DNA of 64,000 nt from Eledone cirrhosa (GCA_964016885.1 OZ024754.1:15190001-15254000); one strand, 5' to 3'; counted from the first letter of the stretch, positions 11,681-23,168 are shown. Numbers and translations are program-made. The notes: generated from the letters alone by a model not told the origin.

Positions 11681-12099
11681 TGTGTATGTGTGTGTGTTGG
11701 TAGTTGTGTGTGTTTGTATAACAAAAGAGAAATATGTACATAGAGAGAGAGATTCTCCCCCCTCTCTCTCTTTATATATATGTATATATATATATATGTT
11801 ATAGTCAGACAGATAGATAGACAGATAGACAGATAGACAGATAGACAGACAGATAGATAGATAGATAAATTTCTATTTATTTGCCACGAGGGCACAAAAG
11901 AAGGGGACATTTACACAGTGGGGGAGTTTACATAAATCGAGTAAAGAAAAGAGGAATAACAATAATAATATAACAATAAAAAGTCCTCAAAAGGGAGGGG
12001 GCGTGTTCGGGATTGCACATACCCCCGAAAAGTGTGCAACCCTTTTCGCGGGGGAAGCCCAGAGAGGAGGCGCTCCCCCTTTCCTCTTCACTTCTTCAC

Positions 12100-15000
12100 C
12101 TACAGAACAATGTAGAGAGAAGGCCCATTTACACGAGCCATTCTCGCTTCTTTCACCCACCTTTCATAAAACTGTCTGGGGCCAAGCACTTCTCTCTCCA
12201 TCCTGATCCTTCTTCCGAAGTGGTATCGGAAGAAGTAAACCAGGTGATGGCCGGAGAGAAAGTCACCCGACCTCAGACCTTTCAGGCGCGTCCACCACAC
12301 AACCTCTTTCATCATGGCTATTACGCACAGAAAGACCGCCTCTGCTTCATTTCTGAAAGGAGGAGGCGGCTTGATGTTCACCACAGACTCGGCGGTTAAT
12401 CGAATCGGCGCCACACGCGACAGCAGTCGTTCGACGTAGCCCCACAGATCGGCAACGCCCGGGCAGTGTACCAGTGCATGCGCAACGGTTTCCTCGTCGC
12501 GCACGCATCTGGGACAGATCTTTTTCGCGGGATCCCTGCCCGGGCGCCCGTGTCTGTAGAGCTTTTCTCGAACGGGCAGAGCCCCCCGGTAACACTGCCA
12601 GGCTAGGGACCTCTGGAAGTTGTCCATGGGTCCCGGGCCGAAAGTTCTACCGAACAGGCTGGCCAGTTCGTCCTCCTCCATGCCTAGCGACTCTCCAAGG
12701 GTGTCGTCGCCCTTGCTAGCCACCAACCCTCTATAGAATGTCGAGGTGGATTCTCCATTGATAGTCGGGTCCGCTTGCCAGATAGCCGTGAGCGCCTGGG
12801 CACACTCGGTGTGCCAGTTGCCCAGTTTTCTCGGTCTTTGCTTCACCCAGGATTGCAGTTCGGTGAGCGAGACGAGCTGTGGGAAGGCTCGCCTCACAAA
12901 CGGGGCCCACACCGGCTGACCGTTGAGGAATACCTGTAGATGCCGTAGCCTCAATGCGTGCCTACGCATCAACAGCCACGGCATACCCAGCCCTCCTTTC
13001 GAAGGGTGCTGGCAGCAGATGGATCTCCTCACCATGGGAGGCCGCTTCTTCCAGAGGAACTGGAAGAGCATGCGTTCCATGATGGTGAGCTTTTCCTTGG
13101 GGCAAGGCACGACGGTCAGGCGGTAGTAGATGACGGACGCTATGTAAGCGTTCGTCACCTCCGCCCGACCTTTCAGTGATAGTTTGCACTTGGCCCACTT
13201 CTGGGTCAGCGCAAACACCCTGCTCGTCACCTCGCCCCAATTCTTCTCCACCTGGAGGTCCGGTCCGAACCAGACCCCGAGCAGCTTCACCGGGCCCTCC
13301 GTCCACCGCCCGACGACACCGTCTAACGGCATCGGTTTGCCCCTCCACGTTCCGAGTTGCAAACCGACTGACTTGTCCTGGTTCAGCCTAGCCCCCGTCA
13401 GCCTTTCGTATTCCCCCAGTAGGGTGGCGATCGCCCCGATTTCCGAGGCGTCCGCCACCATTACTGTTACGTCGTCGGCATAGGCCGAGACCGCTTTGTG
13501 CAATCCCGGTTCCAGGGGTATGCCCCGCAGCAACTCCAACTTCCGCAGCAGTGGCTCAAGAGTAAATACGTACAGAAGGGAGGAGAGGGGGCACCCCTGC
13601 CTGATGGACCGGGTGATTTGAAACGGCTCCGAGAGGTAGCCGTTTACTTTAATCCTAGAGTAGATGTTGCCACTGTGCATGGCAGAAATCCAGCCCCTGA
13701 AAACGGGTCCGAAGCCCGCCGCCGCTAGCACCGCATCCAGGTAACCATGGTCGACCCTATCGAACGCCTTAGATTGATCCAAGTTGATCAGGGCCCCACC
13801 AAAGCCGGGTTCGTTGCCAACCCTCTCTATGATGTATCGCATGAGGTGGAGGTTGTCGTGAATGGACCTGGACGGGATAGCGCATGTCTGCGCGTCTCCC
13901 ACCAAACACCCCACCACAAGCGCCAACCTCTTCGCCAACACCTTGGCCAAAATCTGTAACTCTGCATTCAGCAGAGTTATGGGCCTAAAGTTACTTAAGT
14001 CGTCCCCCTTGCTCTCGTCCTTCCTCACTAGCGTGACCACGCCCTTGGTCACAGAACAGGGGATTCTCCCGTTCTGTTGCCAGTTGCAATAGACAGCCTC
14101 GAGGAGTTCGAAGAACAAGACCGGCATAGCTAAATAAAGTTCGTATGGTAGACCATCGAGACCCGGAGATTTGCGTCTGCTGCATTGGCTGAGCGCTTCC
14201 CCGATTTCAGTGGCTGTGATTGGCCTTTCGCAGCACTCCGCTTCGCCGCTCGAAAGACGCGGTAGACCGTCGAGGTATGGACCGAAGTCCACATCCCCGT
14301 CCGGCCCCCCGCCCCCTCCGAACAGTCGAGCAAAGTGCCTTTGAAAGGCCTCGCACATCCGCTCAGGTTCAAGGATCACCAGTCCATCCTGGTCTCGCAA
14401 AGACCGAATGGTGGATTTAATCCCACTCTTGGCTTCTGTCACGCGGGCCCAGCTAACAGCTTTGGTCCCCTCGTTTCCTAAAGCACGTATTTTACTTCGG
14501 ACAACGCAGCCTTCGTGCTTCGCGTCAAAGAACTGGCTCAACGCCGTTCTCGCCGCTAACACTCTGGCTACGTCTCCGCTCCTAATCGCCTCTTCTAGTT
14601 TATCTGTTAACTCTCTTTCCTTCCTATTTCTATTTGCCGCTAGTTCCTTACTGTAACCTATCGAACTTACTCTAATCTCTCTCTTTAGAGATATCCACCA
14701 CCTACTGTTGACGATCGCTCCCGTCAACCGCATCTTAACTAAGCTACTAATCCGGTTTCTGTAATCTTTCTTTGTCGGCAAGGACAAGTTCATCTTCCAG
14801 TAACCGGGACCCTGTCTATGCGTTCTATCAAGGTTGACCACGCAGGTCACTAATTTGTGATCTGAATAGCCAACCATGATCAGTTCTGGACAACTAAATA
14901 CGTCCCTATCCTTACTCCTAACCAAAAACCTATCTAGGTACGATCTAGATTGTCCACTGCGGTTTGCCCAGGTCCAGGTTGGCGCAGTTGGACAATCTAG

Positions 15001-15531
15001 TCGAAATCTATCGACCAGGTCGAATCGATCGAGTAACCCCTTGAGGCTGCTACACCCCCCTCTATCGGGACATGCCCCTGCATAGTCCCAACGCGCATCT
15101 AGGATTCCATTCCAGTCCCCCACTAAAAGCAGGGAACGCGACGTTCCTAGAAAAGTCTCCAGACGCTGGAAGAAGTCGGCTCTTTCCGCCCCGAAGGGAG
15201 CATAAAGACCGACCAGTCTGAAAGCCCCGCCTTCACCGCCTCCGACGTCCAGCACCAGTAATCGACCCCCCGGGTCCGAGTGAACAATCTGTACGTCGAG
15301 AGTCAGACGTTTATCCAGCAGTACGGCAACTCCCCCCCCCCCGCCTCCGGGTTGACAGAGAGATGCGTGCATCTCAAAGTCATCGAAGGCGGGCGCCAGC
15401 TGTCTCACGCTGCTGATCCGACTCTCGCAAACAACCATCACATCTATACTTTGTGACCTGAGGCCACTTAGAAGCTTTGCTTGCTTCCAAGCTGAGCCCA
15501 GGCCACGCGCGTTCAAACAGCCAACTCTCAA
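12100..15531 (-). CDS. LINE ORF2: APE endonuclease + reverse transcriptase + C-terminal Cys/His knuckle
   Basis: 1143 uninterrupted codons. APE motifs LNARGL, GDWN, SYLDRF, YSDH. RT motifs KSPGLDG, FRPITLLN, LDQSKAFD, RQGCPLS, AYADD. C-terminal CPRC..ETVAHALVHC. No ATG at the start (ATA-GAT-CAA-TTG). Confidence 0.93.
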   Translation of the reverse strand: MRVGCLNARGLGSAWKQAKLLSGLRSQSIDVMVVCESRISSVRQLAPAFDDFEMHASLCQPGGGGGGVAVLLDKRLTLDVQIVHSDPGGRLLVLDVGGGEGGAFRLVGLYAPFGAERADFFQRLETFLGTSRSLLLVGDWNGILDARWDYAGACPDRGGCSSLKGLLDRFDLVDRFRLDCPTAPTWTWANRSGQSRSYLDRFLVRSKDRDVFSCPELIMVGYSDHKLVTCVVNLDRTHRQGPGYWKMNLSLPTKKDYRNRISSLVKMRLTGAIVNSRWWISLKREIRVSSIGYSKELAANRNRKERELTDKLEEAIRSGDVARVLAARTALSQFFDAKHEGCVVRSKIRALGNEGTKAVSWARVTEAKSGIKSTIRSLRDQDGLVILEPERMCEAFQRHFARLFGGGGGPDGDVDFGPYLDGLPRLSSGEAECCERPITATEIGEALSQCSRRKSPGLDGLPYELYLAMPVLFFELLEAVYCNWQQNGRIPCSVTKGVVTLVRKDESKGDDLSNFRPITLLNAELQILAKVLAKRLALVVGCLVGDAQTCAIPSRSIHDNLHLMRYIIERVGNEPGFGGALINLDQSKAFDRVDHGYLDAVLAAAGFGPVFRGWISAMHSGNIYSRIKVNGYLSEPFQITRSIRQGCPLSSLLYVFTLEPLLRKLELLRGIPLEPGLHKAVSAYADDVTVMVADASEIGAIATLLGEYERLTGARLNQDKSVGLQLGTWRGKPMPLDGVVGRWTEGPVKLLGVWFGPDLQVEKNWGEVTSRVFALTQKWAKCKLSLKGRAEVTNAYIASVIYYRLTVVPCPKEKLTIMERMLFQFLWKKRPPMVRRSICCQHPSKGGLGMPWLLMRRHALRLRHLQVFLNGQPVWAPFVRRAFPQLVSLTELQSWVKQRPRKLGNWHTECAQALTAIWQADPTINGESTSTFYRGLVASKGDDTLGESLGMEEDELASLFGRTFGPGPMDNFQRSLAWQCYRGALPVREKLYRHGRPGRDPAKKICPRCVRDEETVAHALVHCPGVADLWGYVERLLSRVAPIRLTAESVVNIKPPPPFRNEAEAVFLCVIAMMKEVVWWTRLKGLRSGDFLSGHHLVYFFRYHFGRRIRMEREVLGPRQFYERWVKEARMARVNGPSLYIVL

Positions 15532-15684
15532 TTGATCTATTTTGGTGTTGAAAGTGAAGAAAGAAAAGCACTTACCTCTCCGGGTTGCGTAATTTCCATG
15601 GCATCAGGTGTGTTGGGTGGAGGGATGTTTTGTGGTGGTGTGGGGGTACACGTGTGTGGTGGGGTTGGGGTATTTGGAGTTGTG

Positions 15685-17274
15685 TCAGGGAGAGGGGCGG
15701 TTATGGGGAAATCTTTCAAGAGGACGCGATTCAACGGTTTTAAACAGGGGGGGGCTCACGTCCCGTCTAAATTGTTCTTTTAAGGAACGATAAAGGTCCA
15801 GAGGGACCTTTATCATTTTTAAATGGGTGAAGTTCTCTGTTGAGATAAAGTTTGGCCCTTCGGTCTGCACCATAGGGTTATTGTTTATTAATTTAACCAG
15901 TTTTTTGTTTTCTTTATTTATATATGTGTATTGCAACGTCTTTTTTTGTGATGCTGTCAATGTTTCGGAGAGGGGAGGCGCAGATTTATTTTTGTTTGTT
16001 GAGGGTGGGGTGTTTTTGATTGGAGTTGGTGTTTGTGTGTGGGTTATTTGTGGTGTGCTGGGTGTGTGTTTTCTTTTTTTTCTTTTAACTTGTCTGAAGG
16101 CTTCTCCTCCTTCTTCTTCAGAAGTTGGGGGAAACTCTTCAGCGCTAGGTGGGAGGGACGTGTTGTGTGGTTGTTTTTTTTTTGCGGGAGGGGTAGATTT
16201 GTTACTGTTTTTTTTATTATTTGTTTGGAATGGGTTTTGTGGTGGTGGTGGTAATGTTTGTGTCGTGCTTGTGGTTGGTGATGGTGGTGTTTGTGTTGTG
16301 GTTGGTGGTGGTGATTTTTGTGTCGTGCTTGTGTTTGGTGCTGGTGTTGGGGATGTTTGTGTTGTGTTTGTGGTTGGTGGTGTCTGTATTTTGTTTGCTG
16401 TGTGTGGTATTAGTGTATTTTTGGAGGTGGGTGGTGTTGGTGTACTGTTTGTGGTGGGTGTGGGCAATAGTCCTTTTTGGGGGATACGTTTCGGGCAGTT
16501 AGCCTTAACGTGTCCCCTTTCCATGCATAAATAGCATGCTGGTCTTCTCCCCTCTACAATTATGTCTATTGGGGTAAGGTCATCCAGCCAGATGCGATCC
16601 GGGATTTGTGCTATTCTTTCGGGCCTCATTTGGACTAGTATGTCGAGGCCCATTCCCAGGAACGCATCTCCAGTTGCCTTCCCCATTGACAGCATTGTGT
16701 CTTCGCCCATATCAATGAAGCCAGCAATAGCCCACCAGAAGTCCATTGTGGGCAGCATTGTTTTTACTTTTACTCTCTGTGTTCTTCTACCCATGTAGGA
16801 GGGATAGAAGCTATATGTTGTCGATGAGAGTGGGCTTAAGGAAAGCTTCTCCGCCGTTTCCTTGTCTCTTGTTAGGACCGAAATGCTGCCATAGAGTCGG
16901 TCCTTTCGTATGAAGAGAATATTCTTCATATAGTCTTTTAGGACTAACTCTATTTCCATTTGGCTGGGCTGTGCTGGCTTTCTTGTCTGGTTCAGTATAG
17001 TTCTGAAGAGAACTGTGTTTTCTGCTCTGGCTTTCTTGAATTCTGGGGAGGAGTTAATGGAAAACATTCCGTTCTCCCCCAAAACAATGTGTTTCTTTGC
17101 TTCGGCCAGTTTTTCTCTGGCGGCAGTTAGGTCAATTGGTGTGTATGTAATGGATTGTTTTGTTTTCTGGGCGAAAGTTGCCCTGTTGTTATTTGTATTA
17201 TTTTCTGTTTGTTTGTTTTCTGTTTGCTCATTTTCCTTAACATTTGTTTTTTTCATTTTCTTTGTTTGTTTCAT
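15685..17274 (-). CDS. LINE ORF1 (gag-like nucleic-acid-binding protein, CCHC zinc knuckle)
   Basis: 529 aa with CYLCMERGHVKANC (CX2CX4HX4C), a Pro/Thr-rich tail and a KRKKRK basic patch. The true C-terminus may continue in the 15537-15734 frame after a G8 run. Confidence 0.85.
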   Translation of the reverse strand: MKQTKKMKKTNVKENEQTENKQTENNTNNNRATFAQKTKQSITYTPIDLTAAREKLAEAKKHIVLGENGMFSINSSPEFKKARAENTVLFRTILNQTRKPAQPSQMEIELVLKDYMKNILFIRKDRLYGSISVLTRDKETAEKLSLSPLSSTTYSFYPSYMGRRTQRVKVKTMLPTMDFWWAIAGFIDMGEDTMLSMGKATGDAFLGMGLDILVQMRPERIAQIPDRIWLDDLTPIDIIVEGRRPACYLCMERGHVKANCPKRIPQKGLLPTPTTNSTPTPPTSKNTLIPHTANKIQTPPTTNTTQTSPTPAPNTSTTQKSPPPTTTQTPPSPTTSTTQTLPPPPQNPFQTNNKKNSNKSTPPAKKKQPHNTSLPPSAEEFPPTSEEEGGEAFRQVKRKKRKHTPSTPQITHTQTPTPIKNTPPSTNKNKSAPPLSETLTASQKKTLQYTYINKENKKLVKLINNNPMVQTEGPNFISTENFTHLKMIKVPLDLYRSLKEQFRRDVSPPLFKTVESRPLERFPHNRPSP

Positions 17275-17567
17275 TGTCTAATTTTGTTGTAATTATTTTT
17301 TGTTCTTCAGACTTGGGGGGCGTGGCAGAGCTAATGGCAGACATGTCTGCCATCTTTTCCGCCATGCTGCCAAGAAAGAAATTTTTCGGCAAAAATAGAT
17401 ATTTATTTTACCCCCTAGAAAAGGGGGTAAATGCAAAAATGTTTCCCTAAAAAACAGGGGTTAGTGTTCCAAATGTGTTGCACTGAAAAATTTATCCGGT
17501 ACTTACAATAGTAAGGGTAAATCCCGATGGAATAGCGGAGCCGATGTGAAGCGTGTCTTACTCTATC

Positions 17568-17607
<40 letters not shown>

Positions 17608-17719
17608 CAGATAGAATCGTTTGCTATGTATCTATTTGGAAATTTGGAAATCTTAATAATAACATAAAGTGGTTCAAGTTGAGTTATTGGCTGGGGAAAT
17701 GCTACAATAAAAGCGTAAA

Positions 17720-18115
17720 TTAATTGTTTCTACTATTGACACAAGGCCAGTAATTACCCCAGTGGTACTTTATTTTATTGACCCCCGTAAGGATGAAGGG
17801 CAAAGTTAACCTCGGCGGGATTTGAACTCAGATCATAAAGGGACGTAACTCTATGCTTCAAATCATGGTGTCCGACTCTCTACCGATACTGCCAATCCAA
17901 TGAAAAACTCACAGGTAGGAAAATTTGAAATAATTGTTTCTACTTTTGGCACAAGGCCAGCAATTACCCAGTACATTACTGGTACTTTATTTTATCGACC
18001 CCGTAAGGATGAAAGGCAAAGTTAACCTCGACGGGATTTGAATTCAGACCGTAAAGGGACGTAACTATGCTGGAAAGTATGGCGTCCGAATCTCTATCGA
18101 TACTGCCAATCCACT
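17720..18115 (-). mobile_element. Two tandem tRNA-head SINE copies
   Basis: Same ~185-bp consensus at 17720-17900 and 17930-18115. Confidence 0.85.
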
Positions 18116-18513
18116 CGGAAATATAGAAACATTTGTATCTGTTGGTATGTGAATATATGTAAGTGGACGTATTGTGTGTATGTGCGTGTGTGAATGTATA
18201 ACTATAGATTTAAAGCCACGTAGAAATTCACAAGAAAGAGAATGGAATGAGCATTCTTCGGTTTTGACGATGAATGTTCCAGTTTTTCGATCACTGAAAC
18301 AATATTCTAACATGGTGGCTTTGTAAATAGGTGGGTGATCGTTTTTTGTTTTTTTTGTACTTTAATACATTGTTTTACGTTTTTACCAGTTATCACGTTT
18401 ATTACTAATATATGCTTGTTACATCCTAACATATTTCGTAATCCCTTTTGTACGGCATGTTTATTACTGGATTATGGGACCTTGAGACGAATAAACCAAA
18501 GATTATTATTATT

Positions 18514-18705
18514 GCGGTAGATTGGCAGTATCGGTAGAGGGTCGGACGCCATGCTTTGACGCATGGAGTTACGGCCTTTGCCATTCTGAGTTCAAATCCC
18601 GCCGAGGATAACTTTGCCTTTCATCCTTACGGGGTCGATAAAATAAAGTACCAGTAATGCACTGGGTAATTGCTGGCCTTATGCCAAAAGTAGAAACAAT
18701 TATTA
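18514..18705 (+). mobile_element. tRNA-head SINE
   Basis: A-box-like TGGCAGTATCGG, B-box GAGTTCAAATCC, Nin/Deu-like core gcctttcatccttacggggtcgataaaa, tail agtagaaacaattatt. Flanked by (ATT)n. Confidence 0.88.
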
Positions 18706-18999
18706 TTATTGCGATTATTATTTTCTCATAATTTTATTGAAACAATGTGAACAAGAAATTCTCACATAACATCGAGAACAGTAAGCAACAAGGAATAAAA
18801 AAATTTAAAAAATAAACAAAGAAGAAATATAGAAAAGAATAAACCAAGAAATAAACAACAGCAACAAGAGAAATGGCATCAAACAATGATTCAGAATTCA
18901 TCGAAAAGATAGCAATTCCGAAGAATTATTGCCACATGCAGAACAAATGAAAAGTAAACAAGCAAAGTGGTTACTTCAGATTTGATAAAATATATATAA

Positions 19000-19038
<39 letters not shown>

Positions 19039-19040
<2 letters not shown>

Positions 19041-19996
19041 AAACAACCCAAATACGTGACTGGTAGTAAGGAGCCAATGCTCAGAACTGTACTGAAGGAG
19101 GGGACAATAGACCAGGGGATGTCCAAGGAGGAAATAACAACAAGGAGAAAGAGCAGCCTTCATGAAAAATCCATTCATAGTACCTTCTTTGAGAAAACTG
19201 AATTCAGAGATCCACAGACATGGAACTGGTTGAAAAGAGGAGACCTTAAAAAGGCTACAGAAGGAATGCTAATGGCTGCGCAAGAGCAGGCCCTCAAAAC
19301 GAAGTGGTTGAAACACCATATTTACAAGGAGGAGGCTAGCCCACTCTGCAGGATCTGTGGAGAGAGAGAGAAGACTGTGACTCACATTGTATCCGAGTGT
19401 AAACACCTAGCCCAGACTCAATATAAGGGCTGGAGACATGATGTGATGGGCAAGGTGATCCACTGGCACCTATGCAAAGTAAACAATTTACCACATTCTG
19501 AGAAGTGGTATGAGCATAAGCCAGAGTCGGTGATAGAAAATGATCAGGTGAAGGTGCTGTGGGATTTTAGGATACAGACGGACAAGAAACTGGAACACAA
19601 TAGACCTGACCTGGTGGTTTTGGACAAGGAAAAAAGATCGTGCCTGATTGTGGATGTGGCCTGCCCATTCGACACGAGAGTGCAAGAGAAGGAGAGGGAG
19701 AAAATTAACCGATACCAGGACTTAAAGTGGGAGGTAAAAAGGATTTGGAACTGCCATGAAGTCAAAGTAGTCCCGATTGTCATAGGCGCACTAGGTACTA
19801 TCTCAAGGAGTTTCCAGGGATGGTTAAAGAAAATTGGCCCCTTCACGCTTTTTGGAACGCTTCAAAAGGCATGCTTGCTGGGAACAGCAACAAACCTCCG
19901 ATACGTCTTGAATATCTGTGGCTGCAGGTAGTGGCTTGATATTCATTTCAACAAACTTTCCAGTTAAATAACATCAATGACTGTGACTCAAAGAAC

Positions 19997-19997
<1 letters not shown>
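19039..19997 (+). mobile_element. R4/Dong-like non-LTR retrotransposon 3' fragment (zinc knuckle + restriction-like endonuclease) in (TAA)n
   Basis: ORF 19056-19931: AAQEQAL, CRICGEREKTVTHIVSEC, RHD, LWDFRIQTD..NRPDLVV.D...IVDVACP, K..RYQDL, VPIVIGALG. (TAA)n on both sides. Confidence 0.9.
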
Positions 19998-20039
<42 letters not shown>

Positions 20040-20043
<4 letters not shown>

Positions 20044-20180
20044 TTTCTTTATTGGCCACAAGGGCTGATATCAAGAAAAATATTACAGACGGCACAGGAC
20101 GGTACGATGTGGGTTTTGTGCGTGTAAAGATTTTTATTATTTATATAAGAAACGAAAAAGAAAAAAGACATAGAAACATA
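20040..20180 (-). mobile_element. Tx1-clade LINE extreme 3' UTR fragment
   Basis: Nearly identical to 9874-10012, with (AAT)n on both sides. Confidence 0.8.
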
Positions 20181-20189
20181 TAATAATAA

Positions 20190-20373
20190 TAATTGTTTCT
20201 ACTTTAGGCACAAGGCCAGCAATTACCCAGTACATTACTGGTACTTTATTTTATCGACCCCGTAAGGATGAAAGGCAAAGTTAACCTCGGCGGGATTTGA
20301 ACTCAGACTGTAAAGGGACGTAACTATGCTAGAAAACATGGCGTCCAACCCTCTACCGATACTGCCAATTCAC
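20190..20373 (-). mobile_element. tRNA-head SINE
   Basis: Same SINE consensus, within (AAT)n. Confidence 0.88.
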
Positions 20374-20389
20374 AATAATAATAATAGTA

Positions 20390-20685
20390 ATGCTTTCTTT
20401 ATTAACCACAAGGGTTTACACAAAGTAAGACATTAAGGACAGTACAGGACAATACAGGACGGTACAAATGGGCATTTCTGCGTGTAAAAAAAAAAAACAG
20501 AGGATGTAACAAAAAAGGAACAATGAAAAATTCCCCAATGGGGGGGAAACTTCCGAGGGCCATCGTGGAGAAAGCCCATTAAAAAAAGCCACGGTGACCC
20601 TGACCACCAGGGCAAGTGCTCTCTCCCAGTTTTCCACCTTCAATTTACAGGCACATACTCAGAGTAGGTCCATTCCCTCGGGCCA
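20390..20685 (-). mobile_element. Tx1-clade LINE 3' fragment (related subfamily)
   Basis: Shares gaccctgaccaccagggcaag, aaattccccaat and the aataaagaaagcatt end with 9874-10405. AAT repeats on both sides. Confidence 0.75.
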
Positions 20686-20939
20686 ATAATAATAATAACA
20701 AAAAAAAATAAAACCAAGACATTAGCAGAGAAGGATGGACAGAGAAATTTACTTTCTTCTCTGAAGGAACATATATGTGAAAATTAATTTTTCTTCCCCT
20801 CTATATTTTCTCTTTTGTTATTGTTATTATTTTCACTATTTGTACAAATATGCAACTTAACAACATTCTGCATATCCGCAATTGACAATGCATTTAATGC
20901 TGAAACCGGTATTGTAAATAAATTAATGTTTTGAAATTT

Positions 20940-22759
20940 TAAGAAAATTTGAAAAATTTCAAGAACACTATTGTTAATTCTATCCAACAACGTATTTCAC
21001 GCATCTTCGCTAATAAAAATATTTTTGACGATAAGGCAGAATATTATCATGAAGCTTTAAATAGAGCAGGCTATATAAATAAGATTAAATACATCGACAA
21101 CAGTGATAAGGCAAATAACCCTACTATTAATTATAATTACAATAAAACATCTAACTTAAACTCTAAAACTAACAGAAGAAATAGAACTAGAAATATTATT
21201 TGGTACGCACCCCCATTCTCATTAAGCGTTAAAACACCTTTAGCAAAGCTATTCTTTAAAGCACTAGATAAATGTTTTCCTAAAGCCCACAGATACCACT
21301 CAATCTTTAACAGACATACTATAAAACTATCTTACTCTACTACTATGAACATAGCACAGAATATAAATAGAATCAATAATAGAAATTTAAACCATAACCA
21401 AATAGCAGTAATATCTCTAACAATATCCAACATAATAGTACCGTTCTGAATAACAACAACTCCGCAAAATGTAACTGTAGAATTAAATTAAACTGTCCTT
21501 TACAAAATAAGTGTTTAGATAAGGACGTGGTCTATAAATGTACAGTTAAAACTAGTGATAATATATTTAACAATGTAGGTGCAACTTCTACGGAATTTAA
21601 AAGTCGCTGGAATAATCACAAATGCTCTTTCCAAAGACTTGATAAAAAATCTTCAACTTCTCTTTCAAACCTAATATGGAACTTAAAATGCAAGAATATG
21701 GACTATTCTTTAACTTGGGAAATAGTTTCGAAGCACCCGCGTACCGAAACACAGCTTTATCTACATTTTGCAAATTGTGTGTTGAGGAAATTTTTTTACA
21801 TACTTAAATGTAAGAACTCTATTAATATAAGGACGAATTTATTTAGTTCTTGTAGACATCACCTGAATTCAACATTTAGAACTATATATAAATTATAATT
21901 ATACTTATAATATTTCTACTTATTTCCATAACAATCTTATCCACTTGGTTTTAATATATTGATATCGCTAAATCATATCTATAACATTTGCTATAATTTC
22001 ACTTCTTAAAGTTTCTTAAAATATATACATATATAATTCTAATTTTTTTAATTTAAATTTAAATTTAAATTTAAATTTTAATTGTAATCTTAATCTTAAT
22101 AATTTTTAATTATTTCTTTAATTTTTTATCTATTTTTTAAAATTACTTATTTTTTTAAAATTACTTATGTCTTATAAATTATTATTTTTTTTAATTTTCC
22201 CGAATTTTTAATATTTTTTTCAATATCTTTTATTAGATTTATAACCACTAACTAATTCTGGCTAAATATATATTTCAACATTTTTACTTATTTTGACAAA
22301 ATAGTTTCATACTAACGAATAAATAAACAAAACTGGAGTTTTTTCCGTATCTTCCCATTTTAAAATATATAAATATAAATATTCTTATTAACTCAATTAA
22401 CTTAATTTAATTTAACTTAATATTTACTTACATTAAATACAAAACCAATATCTCTCATAATTCATTAAAACAATTATCTATAACACGATATACCCATCTA
22501 TTCATTTATTTATCTATTTATCCATTTACCTATTTATTTATTTATTTATTTATTTATTTTTCTATCTATTCTTCTATCTATTTATTTTTCTATCTACTTA
22601 TAACAGTAAATATTATATTAGAAAAGAATTTTAACAATTAATTAATCGTAAATACACGCACCATTAGATATATACTTAGAATATATTCCCCCAAATTAAC
22701 GTTATATGAGTTTTATTCATCCTCTTGTTAATTTCTTCTCTCTATCTCTCTCGTAATAT

Positions 22760-22853
<94 letters not shown>

Positions 22854-23166
22854 CAGTGTCATTTAAATAAAGGGTTGTTTTTCAATTATTTACATATTCA
22901 TTTGCATATTCACACATAAGTTTGAATAATCCCTAATATATTTCCACTATCCAGTGAATTTCCAACCGATAAGGTATGATTTTCATGGGTATGTCTCTAT
23001 TTATAAAACAAACTTTGTATTTTATCTGATGAAAGCGACCCAATGTTGTCTTCATTGCCCTTGAAATATATATAATAAAATAAATATGGTTTTATAAATA
23101 TAGTTTCCATTTATTTAATATCATTGATATAACTTTATCCTACACTTCAGCTGCTAACGCACCTTG

Positions 23167-23168
<2 letters not shown>
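20940..23168 (+). mobile_element. Nematis-like PLE, 5'-truncated and degenerate, with AT-rich 3' region and HHR
   Basis: ORFs 20949-21449 and 21527-21898 match the C-terminal half of the 42437-44647 ORF (RNIIW.APPFS, HRYHSIFNRHTIKLSYS, CNCR..CPL, VGATSTEFKSRWNNH). The 3' terminus resembles 46030-46145. Confidence 0.85.
23018..23082 (+). ncRNA. Minimal type I HHR of Nematis-like PLE
   Basis: uauuuuau CUGAUGA aag..caaug..cauug..cuu GAAA uauaua UA auaaaaua. Perfect 8-bp stem I and palindromic stem III. Predicted cleavage after 23074. Confidence 0.8.

Larger units (their letters stand above)
11867..17569 (-). mobile_element. Full-length Tx1/L1-clade non-LTR retrotransposon inserted in a (GATA)n/(GACA)n microsatellite
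   Basis: 5' UTR, ORF1, ORF2 and 3' UTR ending gcaAATAAAtagaaattt. GATA repeats flank both ends (11809-11866 and 17570-17614). Confidence 0.93.
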
